Source of the DNA: an uncultured Anaerolineales bacterium
GTDB taxonomy: Bacteria; Chloroflexota; Anaerolineae; Anaerolineales; UBA11858
Length of the DNA stretch: 64,000 bases
Assembly (NCBI GenBank): GCA_964453155.1
Contig: CAYVQU010000006.1
Span: 5,059-69,058, forward strand
Reading direction: 5' to 3'
Shown here: piece by piece, positions 26,450 through 35,061 of the stretch
Layout of the letters: each line of letters begins with the position of its first letter
Numbering within the stretch: the stretch's first letter is position 1
Notes under the pieces: model-generated
Database searches by the model: none
Told to the model about the DNA's origin: nothing
Seen by the model: the letters and a program-made list of their open reading frames with translations, nothing else
Position numbers and translations under genes: made by a program

Positions 26450-28462
26450 ATGGCGAACGCGGCTCAAACCCTAGCACGTGGACCCCGGTCCGCGCTCCGA
26501 ATGCCCCGCCTGCGCGATACCCGGGCCCCCTTAGCTACCAAGCTGCTTTTGGGGTTCCTGGTGATTATCGTGGTCATGAGCGCGGTGTTCATGTTTGTCG
26601 GCGTTCGCCTGATCAGCGACCGAATTGTGGCCGAGGCCCAAGAAAAAGTTCGCAACGACCTCAATGCGGCCCGTGAAATTTATCTCAGCCAATTGACCCA
26701 CATCGACGACGTCGTGCGGTTCACCGCCCATCGTTTCTTCCTGAGAGATGCCATCACATCTGGCAATTTGGCCGCCGCGGCGGTGGAATTGGAGCGGATC
26801 AAAGCGGCCGAGGAATTGGACGTATTAACCGTCACCGATCAGTATGGATATGTCTTGCTGCGTACCAGCAATCCAGATCAGGTCGGCGAGAGTCAGGGGC
26901 ACGTCAACCTGCTGCACGCCGTCCTGCTCCGGGAAGCCCCGGTGGCCTCCACCACCCTGGTGTCCGGCCAAGATTTGGGCCTTGAATCATCGGAACTGGC
27001 CGAACAGGCCTATTTCAAATTCATCGACACCCCCCTGGCCCGCGACCGGGAAGAAACGGAAGAAACGGCTGGGATGATGCTGAAAGCGGTCGCCCCGATT
27101 TTCGATGATAACCAAAAACTCATCGGAACCCTGTATGGCGGCGTACTTATCAGCCGGAATTTCGAGATCGTTGACAAGGTCAAACAAACGGTCTACGAAA
27201 ATGTCAAATATGAAGGTCAGGATATCGGGACGGCCACCATCTTCCAGGATGATTTGCGAATTTCAACCAATGTCAGCAATGCCGATGGCAACCGGGCGAT
27301 TGGGACCCGCGTCTCCGAGGAAGTTTACAACCAGGTCATCATCCAAGGCGAACCCTGGATCGACCGGGCCTATGTGGTCAACAACTGGTACATCACCGCC
27401 TACGAGCCCATCCGGGACATATACGACCAGATCATCGGCATTCTGTATGTCGGCGTATTGGAGCAAAAATACAACGATATCGAACGTGAGATGGTGTTCA
27501 CATTCCTGGCAATCAGCATCGCCGGAACCCTATTTTCAATCGGAATGTCCTATTTCATCGCCCAACGAATTTTGGTACCCATCAGCAAGCTGGTATCGGC
27601 CTCCAAAGATGTCGCCGAAGGCAATCTGGATACCAAAGTTGAGATCGATACCAATGATGAATTAGAGACCCTGTCCGATTCTTTCAATGCGATGGCCGCC
27701 TCCCTGAAACGGCGTGATGACCAACTCAAAGACTTCACCACGAAAAAGATCATGGAATCCGAGCGATTGGCCCTGGTTGGGCATCTATCCGCCAATGTGG
27801 CCCATGAGTTGAACAACCCCCTCCAGGGGATCGTCACTTTTTCGCATTTGCTGCTTGAAGAGGAAGAGACGCGGGATTCCACCCGCGATTCTCTCAGTAT
27901 TATCGTCGGACAGGCCAACCGCTGCCGGGATATTATTCGCGGCCTGCTGGACTTCGCTCGCCAACGCAAACCGGATAAGACCTATTGCAATGTCAATGCC
28001 GTTCTCGGAGAATGCCTTTCCCTGATCGGGAACCAATCCCTGTTCCACAATATCAAGATCACCCGTGATTTCCAGGCCGATTTACCGCTGGCCATCATCG
28101 ACCCCTCCCAAATCGAGCGGGTTTTCATCAACCTGATCATCAACGCCGCCGAAGCAATGGATGGGGTTGGTAATTTGACCCTCTCCACCCGGTTCAATGA
28201 AGACATAGATTTCATCGAAATTGAGGTTGCGGATACTGGTCAGGGGATCCGAGAAGAGGATATGGGCCAAATCTTTGACCCTTTCTTCACAACCAAGGAT
28301 GTGGGGCATGGCACCGGCCTGGGGCTGGCAATCAGCTACGGGATCGTCAAAAGCCACCGCGGCACAATCTCCGCCAAGAGTAAAGTTGGTGAGGGCACTA
28401 CTTTCTTTGTAGGTTTGCCGATCAAAGCCAACGGACCCGAAGAAGGCTCAAATAATGGATGA
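26450..28462 (+). CDS. Sensor histidine kinase (TM, Cache-like extracytoplasmic domain, HAMP, HisKA, HATPase)
   Basis: NNWYITAYEPIRD..IGILYVGV is Cache-like. H-box is LSANVAHELNNP; G-boxes are DTGQGI and GTGLGL. Starts 3 nt after the preceding gene. Confidence 0.85.
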   Translation: MANAAQTLARGPRSALRMPRLRDTRAPLATKLLLGFLVIIVVMSAVFMFVGVRLISDRIVAEAQEKVRNDLNAAREIYLSQLTHIDDVVRFTAHRFFLRDAITSGNLAAAAVELERIKAAEELDVLTVTDQYGYVLLRTSNPDQVGESQGHVNLLHAVLLREAPVASTTLVSGQDLGLESSELAEQAYFKFIDTPLARDREETEETAGMMLKAVAPIFDDNQKLIGTLYGGVLISRNFEIVDKVKQTVYENVKYEGQDIGTATIFQDDLRISTNVSNADGNRAIGTRVSEEVYNQVIIQGEPWIDRAYVVNNWYITAYEPIRDIYDQIIGILYVGVLEQKYNDIEREMVFTFLAISIAGTLFSIGMSYFIAQRILVPISKLVSASKDVAEGNLDTKVEIDTNDELETLSDSFNAMAASLKRRDDQLKDFTTKKIMESERLALVGHLSANVAHELNNPLQGIVTFSHLLLEEEETRDSTRDSLSIIVGQANRCRDIIRGLLDFARQRKPDKTYCNVNAVLGECLSLIGNQSLFHNIKITRDFQADLPLAIIDPSQIERVFINLIINAAEAMDGVGNLTLSTRFNEDIDFIEIEVADTGQGIREEDMGQIFDPFFTTKDVGHGTGLGLAISYGIVKSHRGTISAKSKVGEGTTFFVGLPIKANGPEEGSNNG

Positions 28463-29564
28463 CCAACCCAAAATCCTGATCATCGACGACGAAGAAATCG
28501 TAATTGAATCGTGCATCCAGATTCTCAAGCGCGGTAATTATCAGATCAAAACCGCCAATAATGGAGCCGACGGCTTGGCCTTAATGAAGGAATACGAGCC
28601 CGATCTGGTATTTGTCGATCTCAAAATGCCGGGCTTATCGGGGTTCGAGGTTCTCGATCAAATCCACGAATATGATCCTACGATCGTGACTGTGGTGATC
28701 ACCGGATTTGCCACCGTAAGTTCGGCCGTGGAGGCCATGAAGAAAGGTACTTACGACTTTCTCCCCAAACCCTTCACCCCGGATGAATTACGAATGTTAA
28801 CCCAACGCGGCCTGGAGCGCCGAAAACTGGTCTTGGAGACCATTGCGCTGCGCCGTGAAAAAGAATTTTTACGCGAACATTTTGCCGCCATCGTCTCCCA
28901 TGAACTGAAATCGCCCTTGGGAGCGGTGCAAACCAATTTATTTGTATTAGCCGATGACCTGGCTGAGGTGCTATCCGAAGCCCAGGCTGAAAAACTCCAA
29001 CGTCTTCAAACCCGGATTAGCGATCTGGTGAAGATGGTCAACACCTGGCTGAAAGCCATCTCGGTGGATATCTCCAGTATCCGCGAGAATTTCGAGACGG
29101 TGAAGATCAAACCCATGATCAAAAAAGCGGTTGAGAGCGTTGAATCCCATGCCATCCGTAAAGCGATCGAGATCGAGACTTCGATCGAAAAGAAGCTGAG
29201 CCGGGTGCATGGTGATGAAGGTACATTAGTTGAGGCCGTCGTCAATATTGTCGGAAACGCCGTGAAATACACTCGTTATGAGGGAAATGTAGCTGTGCGC
29301 GCCTTTGAAGAAGGGGATCATATTCACATCGCCGTGACCGACAATGGGGTGGGAATCGCCCAAGAGGACTTGCCTCGCTTATTTGAAGATTTTTATGTTG
29401 GTAAATCTAAAACTGAAGGTGAAAGGAGGAGTGGTGTCGGGTTAGCCATTACCCGGCGGATAATTGAAGCTCACGACGGAACCATTACCGTCGAAAGCGA
29501 ACTGGGCAAGGGAAGCACTTTTGTGATCCAACTGCCTATAATGAATAACAATGAAAAAAGTTGA
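28455..29564 (+). CDS. Hybrid response-regulator/histidine kinase (REC-HisKA-HATPase)
   Basis: ILIIDDE...DLVFVDLKMPG is the REC domain; IVSHELKSPL is the H-box; DNGVGI and GVGLAI are present. Overlaps the upstream kinase by 8 nt. Confidence 0.85.
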   Translation: MDDQPKILIIDDEEIVIESCIQILKRGNYQIKTANNGADGLALMKEYEPDLVFVDLKMPGLSGFEVLDQIHEYDPTIVTVVITGFATVSSAVEAMKKGTYDFLPKPFTPDELRMLTQRGLERRKLVLETIALRREKEFLREHFAAIVSHELKSPLGAVQTNLFVLADDLAEVLSEAQAEKLQRLQTRISDLVKMVNTWLKAISVDISSIRENFETVKIKPMIKKAVESVESHAIRKAIEIETSIEKKLSRVHGDEGTLVEAVVNIVGNAVKYTRYEGNVAVRAFEEGDHIHIAVTDNGVGIAQEDLPRLFEDFYVGKSKTEGERRSGVGLAITRRIIEAHDGTITVESELGKGSTFVIQLPIMNNNEKS

Positions 29565-29599
29565 TTTTGGAAAAAAACATAAACTAGAAGGAGGTTCCT

Positions 29600-30025
29600 A
29601 TGGCTCAGACGAGGTTATTAATCATCGACGATGATCCCGATTATGTAGATGGGATCAGAGCGATCCTCGAAAAAGCTGAATACGAAGTTGATGCAGCCTA
29701 CAATCCCAAAGATGGCTTCGCAGCTTTAGAAACTGGGAATTATGACTTACTCCTGCTCGACATTATGATGGGACGTGGAGCAGAAGGAGTCATGGTCGCC
29801 CGAAAAATTAACAAAGATCCCGTGCTGCGGGAAATTCCGGTGTTGATAATCACCGGAATCCGAGAACAAATGGCTTTCCTCTTCCCCGGACAGGCCGTGC
29901 ATCCCCGAATCCTGCCCACAGACGAGTTGATGGAGAAACCCGTTGACCCGAATGTGCTCCTGGAAAAGGTGGAGAACCTGCTCAAAGAAGCTGCCCGCAA
30001 GAAAGCGGAAAAGGAAACCGAATAG
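29600..30025 (+). CDS. Stand-alone receiver (REC) domain protein
   Basis: LLIIDDDPD...DLLLLDIMM...LIITG. 141 aa with no output domain. GGAGG RBS. Confidence 0.85.
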   Translation: MAQTRLLIIDDDPDYVDGIRAILEKAEYEVDAAYNPKDGFAALETGNYDLLLLDIMMGRGAEGVMVARKINKDPVLREIPVLIITGIREQMAFLFPGQAVHPRILPTDELMEKPVDPNVLLEKVENLLKEAARKKAEKETE

Positions 30026-30034
30026 GATAAGCTT

Positions 30035-30598
30035 ATGGCATCTAGACCCACATTTAGCCAAGAGATTTCCAACCTGATGTATATGTCACACGGAAATCCA
30101 ACCAAAACCTGTATCCAATGTGGAACTTGTGCAGGGACTTGTCCGGTGGCCGAACATATGGACCAAACGCCCCGGCGGCTGATCGGTATGATCAATGCCA
30201 ACCTCAAAGAGGATGTCCTGGCCTGTAACACGTACTGGTTTTGTGCGTCGTGTTTTCACTGCTCGGTGAGATGTCCATCCAATATTGATATCGCCGGTGT
30301 TATGTACGCGGTGAAACGTTACTCCATCTGGAACAAGATGTACGACGAAGACTTGGTCGGCCCAACCTTCTCCGAAACCTTCGTGAAAACGATCGTTCGG
30401 AGTGGACGCTCCTACGAGCCGATTCTGGCCCCAACGTATATGTTCAACATGGAACCCAAAGAATTCGTCCAGGAAGCCTTCAACGCTACCAAGATGATGC
30501 TCAAAGGCCGGATCCCCATCATCCCTGCCCGAATTAAGCACATCAAAAACTTCCAGGAAATGGTCCGCAGGATCGTACCGATTGGAGGGGAAGAATAA
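30035..30598 (+). CDS. hdrC: Heterodisulfide reductase subunit C-like
   Basis: CIQCGTCAGTCP and CASCFHCSVRCP. 187 aa. Confidence 0.8.
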   Translation: MASRPTFSQEISNLMYMSHGNPTKTCIQCGTCAGTCPVAEHMDQTPRRLIGMINANLKEDVLACNTYWFCASCFHCSVRCPSNIDIAGVMYAVKRYSIWNKMYDEDLVGPTFSETFVKTIVRSGRSYEPILAPTYMFNMEPKEFVQEAFNATKMMLKGRIPIIPARIKHIKNFQEMVRRIVPIGGEE

Positions 30599-31479
30599 TG
30601 AAGAAATTTGCACTATTCCCCGGCTGCTCACTAGAGAAAATGGCTTCGAGTTACCAGAAGTCATCGGTCGACACGGTCCGGCAATTCGGCATCGAGCTTG
30701 AAGAACTCGAAGACTGGAACTGCTGCGGCGCGACCACCTACTCCTATATCGACGAATTGCTGGCAAACACCCTGGTGGCCCGCAACCTGGCCCTGGCCGA
30801 GAAAGAAGGCCTGGACTTTGTGGCCCCCTGCAGCGCCTGCTACAAGAACGCCTACTTCGCCAATAAATACATCACTGAAGATGAAGACCTGAACGAGCAC
30901 ATCAACTACGCTCTCGAGCAAGATGATCTGCAGTTCAAAGGCGAGACCAAGGTCCTCCACATTATTGATGTATTTGCGGAAGAGATCGGCCCGGAAGCCA
31001 TCAAGGAAAAGGTCTCCAACCCCCTGACCGGGGTCAAGATCGCCCCCTACTATGGCTGCCAGATCGTCCGCCCCCGCAAGAACGGCGAAGAATTCGAGAA
31101 TCCCCAATTCTTTGAGGAGATTATCGAAGCCATGGGCGCCGAAGCTGTCGATTTTGCTGACCGGCTCCGGTGTTGTGGGGCTTCACTGATCATGACCAGC
31201 CGCGATGCGGCCCTTGACATGATCCGGGTATTGCTCCATAACGCGGTCAGCAGCGGCGCCGACGTGATCGCCACCGCCTGCCCCTTGTGCCAGGTCAACC
31301 TGGAATGTTACCAGACCGCAGTCAACGAAGAATTCGGAACCGATTTCAATGTGCCAGTCCTGTATTTCACCCAACTTATGGGCGTGGCATTAGGGATGCC
31401 CCGCCGGCAGTTAGGAATCGGAACGGAACTGGTATCTGCTGCCCCGATCTTCGAACAACTGGTTGGAAAGGGGGCCTGA
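30598..31479 (+). CDS. hdrB: Heterodisulfide reductase subunit B-like (two CCG domains)
   Basis: WNCCGAT and RCCGAS CCG motifs. The start overlaps the hdrC stop (TAATG). Confidence 0.8.
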   Translation: MKKFALFPGCSLEKMASSYQKSSVDTVRQFGIELEELEDWNCCGATTYSYIDELLANTLVARNLALAEKEGLDFVAPCSACYKNAYFANKYITEDEDLNEHINYALEQDDLQFKGETKVLHIIDVFAEEIGPEAIKEKVSNPLTGVKIAPYYGCQIVRPRKNGEEFENPQFFEEIIEAMGAEAVDFADRLRCCGASLIMTSRDAALDMIRVLLHNAVSSGADVIATACPLCQVNLECYQTAVNEEFGTDFNVPVLYFTQLMGVALGMPRRQLGIGTELVSAAPIFEQLVGKGA

Positions 31480-31557
31480 TGATCCGACTGGTAACCAATA
31501 TTGGAATTACAGGTCTTGAAATAAATCATCAACAAAATCAAAATAGGAGAGAGACCT

Positions 31558-33561
31558 ATGAGTGAAGAAAAAGTTGGAGTATACGTCTGCCACTGTGGCA
31601 CGAATATTGCCAAAGTCGTAGATTGTGAGGATGTCGCAACCTGGGCAGCCGATCAACCCAATGTCGAGGTATCACGAGAATACAAGTTCATGTGCTCCAG
31701 CCTCGGGCAAGAATTGATCGAAGATGACATCAAAGAAAAGGGTCTGACCCGGATTGTCGTCGCCTCCTGCTCCCCCCACATGCACGAAAAGACATTCCGA
31801 GGTGCCTGCGAACGGGCCGGGTTAAACCCCTTCCTGTACGAAATGGCCAATATCCGGGAGCACGACTCCTGGATCACAGACGATAAAGAGGCCGCAACCC
31901 AAAAGGCGAAGGCCCTCACCAATGCCGCCATCGAGCGCGTGATCCATCACCAACCGCTGGATGAAATTCCAGTGGAAATCAACCCCAATACATTGGTGGT
32001 TGGCGGCGGCATCGCCGGGATTACGGCGGCATTAGAACTGGCTGACGCCGGAAACCACGTTTACCTGGTGGAACGCGAACCAACCATCGGCGGCCATATG
32101 GCCCAGTTAGATAAAACCTTCCCGACCCTGGACTGCTCGGCCTGTATTCTGACCCCCAAAATGGTGGATGTCGGCCAGCACGATAATATCACCCTGTTGA
32201 CCTGGAGTGAGGTCGAGGAACTGGACGGTTATTTGGGCAACTTCACCGCCACGGTGCGCAAGAAAGCCCGTTACATCAACGAAGAGCATTGCACCGGCTG
32301 CGGGATCTGCATCGAGAAATGCCCGGCCAAAGTTCTCGACGAAGTTTTCGAGGCTGGAATGGGCAAACGCAAAGTCGTCTACCGTCCCTTCCCCCAGGCC
32401 GTACCCAAATACCCCGTCATCGACAAAGAGAACTGCATTTACTTCATTCGCGGCAAATGTAAAGCCTGCGAAATCTTCTGCCCCACCGAACCGAATTCCA
32501 TCGAGTTCGAGCAGAAGGACGAGATGCTCAAGCTCGAGGTCGGTAATATTATTCTGGCCACCGGCTACGATCTCTTCGACGTCAAGAAGATCCCCCAATA
32601 CGGTTACGACCGCAAGAAGAACGTGTTCACCAGCCTCGAATTTGAGCGCATGGTCAATGCCGCCGGTCCGACCGAGGGTAAGATCCTCATGCGCGATGGC
32701 AAGACCGAACCCAAGAGCGTGGCCATTGTCCACTGCGTGGGCTCCCGAGATGAGAACTATCACAAATATTGCTCCAAAATTTGTTGTATGTACTCGCTCA
32801 AGTTCGCCCACCTGGTTCACGAACGCATCCCCGATGCCGAAGTCTACCAGTGCTACATCGACATGCGCACCCCCGGTAAGGGCTACGAAGAGTTCTACCA
32901 CCGTCTGCTCGAAGAAGGCACCAATTTCATTCGCGGTAAGGTTGCTGAAGTCACTGACGCCGCCCGCACCGATGAAGAAGAGGGTAAACTCATCGTCCAG
33001 GTGGAAGACACCCTCATCGGCCGCCAGCGCCGCGTCCCCGTTGACATGGTGCTCCTCAGCCCCGCGATGGAAGCCAAACCGGACTCGAAAGAGCTCTCGC
33101 ATCTCTTCAAGATGGGCTGCGACTTCGACGGTTTCTTCGTCGAACGGCACCCCAAGCTGGACCCGGTTGCCACGATGACCGACGGCATCTTCATCGCCGG
33201 CGCCTGCCAGGGACCGAAAGATGTGCCCGACAGTGTCGCCCAAGGCGCCGCGGCGGCTGCCCGAGTTGCTGGTCTCATCCAGCGCGGCACCGTAATGATG
33301 GAACCCGTTCGGGCTCACATCACCGAAGAAGAGTGCTCTGGCTGCAAGATCTGCAACAATATGTGCCCCTACAGCGCCATTATCTTCCACGAAGATCGCG
33401 GCGTCTCCGAAGTCATCACCGCGATCTGCCAGGGCTGTGGCACCTGTGTTGCCGCCTGCCCCAGCGGTGTCATCACCGGCGCCCACTTCACCAACGATCA
33501 GGTTCTGTCCGAGATCGAAGGTATCCTGTGGGATGTCCGACCTGAGAAAGTGGCTGCATAG
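31558..33561 (+). CDS. hdrA: Heterodisulfide reductase subunit A-like (FAD, multiple Fe-S)
   Basis: VGVYVCHCGTNI, VVGGGIAGITAALELA (FAD), CTGCGICIEKCP, CSGCKICNNMCP, CQGCGTCVAACP. 667 aa. Confidence 0.9.
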   Translation: MSEEKVGVYVCHCGTNIAKVVDCEDVATWAADQPNVEVSREYKFMCSSLGQELIEDDIKEKGLTRIVVASCSPHMHEKTFRGACERAGLNPFLYEMANIREHDSWITDDKEAATQKAKALTNAAIERVIHHQPLDEIPVEINPNTLVVGGGIAGITAALELADAGNHVYLVEREPTIGGHMAQLDKTFPTLDCSACILTPKMVDVGQHDNITLLTWSEVEELDGYLGNFTATVRKKARYINEEHCTGCGICIEKCPAKVLDEVFEAGMGKRKVVYRPFPQAVPKYPVIDKENCIYFIRGKCKACEIFCPTEPNSIEFEQKDEMLKLEVGNIILATGYDLFDVKKIPQYGYDRKKNVFTSLEFERMVNAAGPTEGKILMRDGKTEPKSVAIVHCVGSRDENYHKYCSKICCMYSLKFAHLVHERIPDAEVYQCYIDMRTPGKGYEEFYHRLLEEGTNFIRGKVAEVTDAARTDEEEGKLIVQVEDTLIGRQRRVPVDMVLLSPAMEAKPDSKELSHLFKMGCDFDGFFVERHPKLDPVATMTDGIFIAGACQGPKDVPDSVAQGAAAAARVAGLIQRGTVMMEPVRAHITEEECSGCKICNNMCPYSAIIFHEDRGVSEVITAICQGCGTCVAACPSGVITGAHFTNDQVLSEIEGILWDVRPEKVAA

Positions 33562-33570
33562 GAGGAAAAA

Positions 33571-34038
33571 ATGAGTGAAAAATTTGAACCCGTAATCGTT
33601 GGTTTCCTGTGCAACTGGTGTTCTTACCGTGCCGCCGACCTGGCCGGTACGGCCCGCATCAAATACGCCCCCAACATGCGCCCCATCCGGGTGATGTGCA
33701 GCGGCCGTGTCGATGCCCAGTTTGTTCTCAAAGCCTTGCGCGAAGGCGCGGATGGCGTTTTGGTGGCCGGTTGTCACCCGGGCGAATGCCACTACGTTAA
33801 TGGCAATATCAAAGCCCTGCGCCGCTTCTATCTGCTCAAGAAAATGCTCAAGCAACTGGGGGTTGAAGAAGAACGCGTGCAACTGGTATGGGCCTCAGCA
33901 TCTGAGGGCATCATCCTGGCCAACAAAGTCGACGAGATGACCGAAGAAATTCGAGCCTTAGGCCCATTGAACTGGAGCGAATCGGTTTTGGGTGGCAATG
34001 GCCATCACGAAGCTGTTCCAGTCCCCGAGGAGGTTTAA
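33571..34038 (+). CDS. mvhD: Methyl-viologen-reducing hydrogenase delta subunit (MvhD)-like
   Basis: VGFLCNWCSYRAADLAG...VMCSGRVD...VAGCHPGECHY. Confidence 0.85.
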   Translation: MSEKFEPVIVGFLCNWCSYRAADLAGTARIKYAPNMRPIRVMCSGRVDAQFVLKALREGADGVLVAGCHPGECHYVNGNIKALRRFYLLKKMLKQLGVEEERVQLVWASASEGIILANKVDEMTEEIRALGPLNWSESVLGGNGHHEAVPVPEEV

Positions 34039-34039
34039 T

Positions 34040-35056
34040 ATGTCTGAAAAACCGAAACTAGCAATGTACTGGGCCGCCTCCTGCGGTGGTTGTGAAATCT
34101 CCGTCCTGAATATCCACGAACATATCCTGACCGTCGATTCGGTCTTCGACATCGCCTTCTTCCCCTGCATCGCGGACTTCAAAGTCCATCATGTCGAGGG
34201 CTACGAAGATGGTTATATCGATGTCTGTTTGTGGAACGGGGCCATTCGCAACTCGGAAGGCGAGCACATGGCCAAACTGCTGCGCCAGAAATCCAAGGTC
34301 ATGGTGGCCTATGGATCCTGCGCCTACGAGGGCTGTATCCCCGCCCTCTCGAATCTAACATCCAAAGATGCGACCTTCAACACCGTCTATGGTGAGAATC
34401 ACTCCCTGGATAACTCCGAAGGTGTGGTCCCCCTGACCGCGGTGGACGTCGCCGAAGGCACCCTGACCCTGCCCGAGTTCTACCACACGGTGAAATCGCT
34501 AGATCAAGTCGTGGATGTGGACTATTACCTGCCCGGTTGTCCACCCGAACCGCCCCAAATCTGGGCAGTTCTCCAGGTTGTGGTGGCCGGACTTTTAGAG
34601 GGCGCGCCGCTCCCACCGGCTGGCTCCATCGTTGGGGCTGCCAACGTGGCCGTCTGCGAAGAATGCGAACGGACCAAGAGCGAGAAAGCCATCGAACGCT
34701 TCTACCGCCCTTACGAAATTACCCCTGATCCCGAGCAATGCTTACTTGAACAAGGCCTGATCTGCATGGGCCTGGCAACCCGCGGTGGCTGCGGCGCTCT
34801 GTGCCCGCAAGCCAATATGGGCTGCCGCGGCTGTTATGGACCGCTGCCCGGCGTCGAAGATCAGGGCGCCAAGATGCTCTCGGCCGTCGCCTCCGTGATC
34901 GAGGCTGGTGATACGACCATGGAAGATGATGAGTTGGAAGAGAAAATCAACGCCGTCATCGACACTATCGCCGACCCCGCGGGGACTTTCTACCGCTTCA
35001 GTATGGCCCACTCCCTGCTCCGTCGAGCCAAAGTTAATGGAAACGGGAAAGGATAA
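34040..35056 (+). CDS. mvhG: [NiFe] hydrogenase small subunit (MvhG-like, group 3c-like)
   Basis: MSEKPKLAMYWAASCGGCEISVLN plus C-terminal Cys clusters. ATG at 34040 with an AGGAGG RBS. ORF-track start at 33992 rejected. Confidence 0.85.
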   Translation: MSEKPKLAMYWAASCGGCEISVLNIHEHILTVDSVFDIAFFPCIADFKVHHVEGYEDGYIDVCLWNGAIRNSEGEHMAKLLRQKSKVMVAYGSCAYEGCIPALSNLTSKDATFNTVYGENHSLDNSEGVVPLTAVDVAEGTLTLPEFYHTVKSLDQVVDVDYYLPGCPPEPPQIWAVLQVVVAGLLEGAPLPPAGSIVGAANVAVCEECERTKSEKAIERFYRPYEITPDPEQCLLEQGLICMGLATRGGCGALCPQANMGCRGCYGPLPGVEDQGAKMLSAVASVIEAGDTTMEDDELEEKINAVIDTIADPAGTFYRFSMAHSLLRRAKVNGNGKG

Positions 35057-35061
35057 ATACA

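Noticed and set aside
32107-33882. A 591-aa ORF antisense to hdrA/mvhD. Similar long antisense or out-of-frame ORFs occur at 24206..24940, 15282..15932, 35734..36465, 50023..50937, 32207..33178 and 30086..30766.
   Set aside because: They lie entirely inside strongly supported genes with clear motifs. Their translations are low-complexity (Gly/Ala/Arg/Asp/His-rich) with no recognisable domains. This is the typical shadow-ORF effect of codon-position GC bias.
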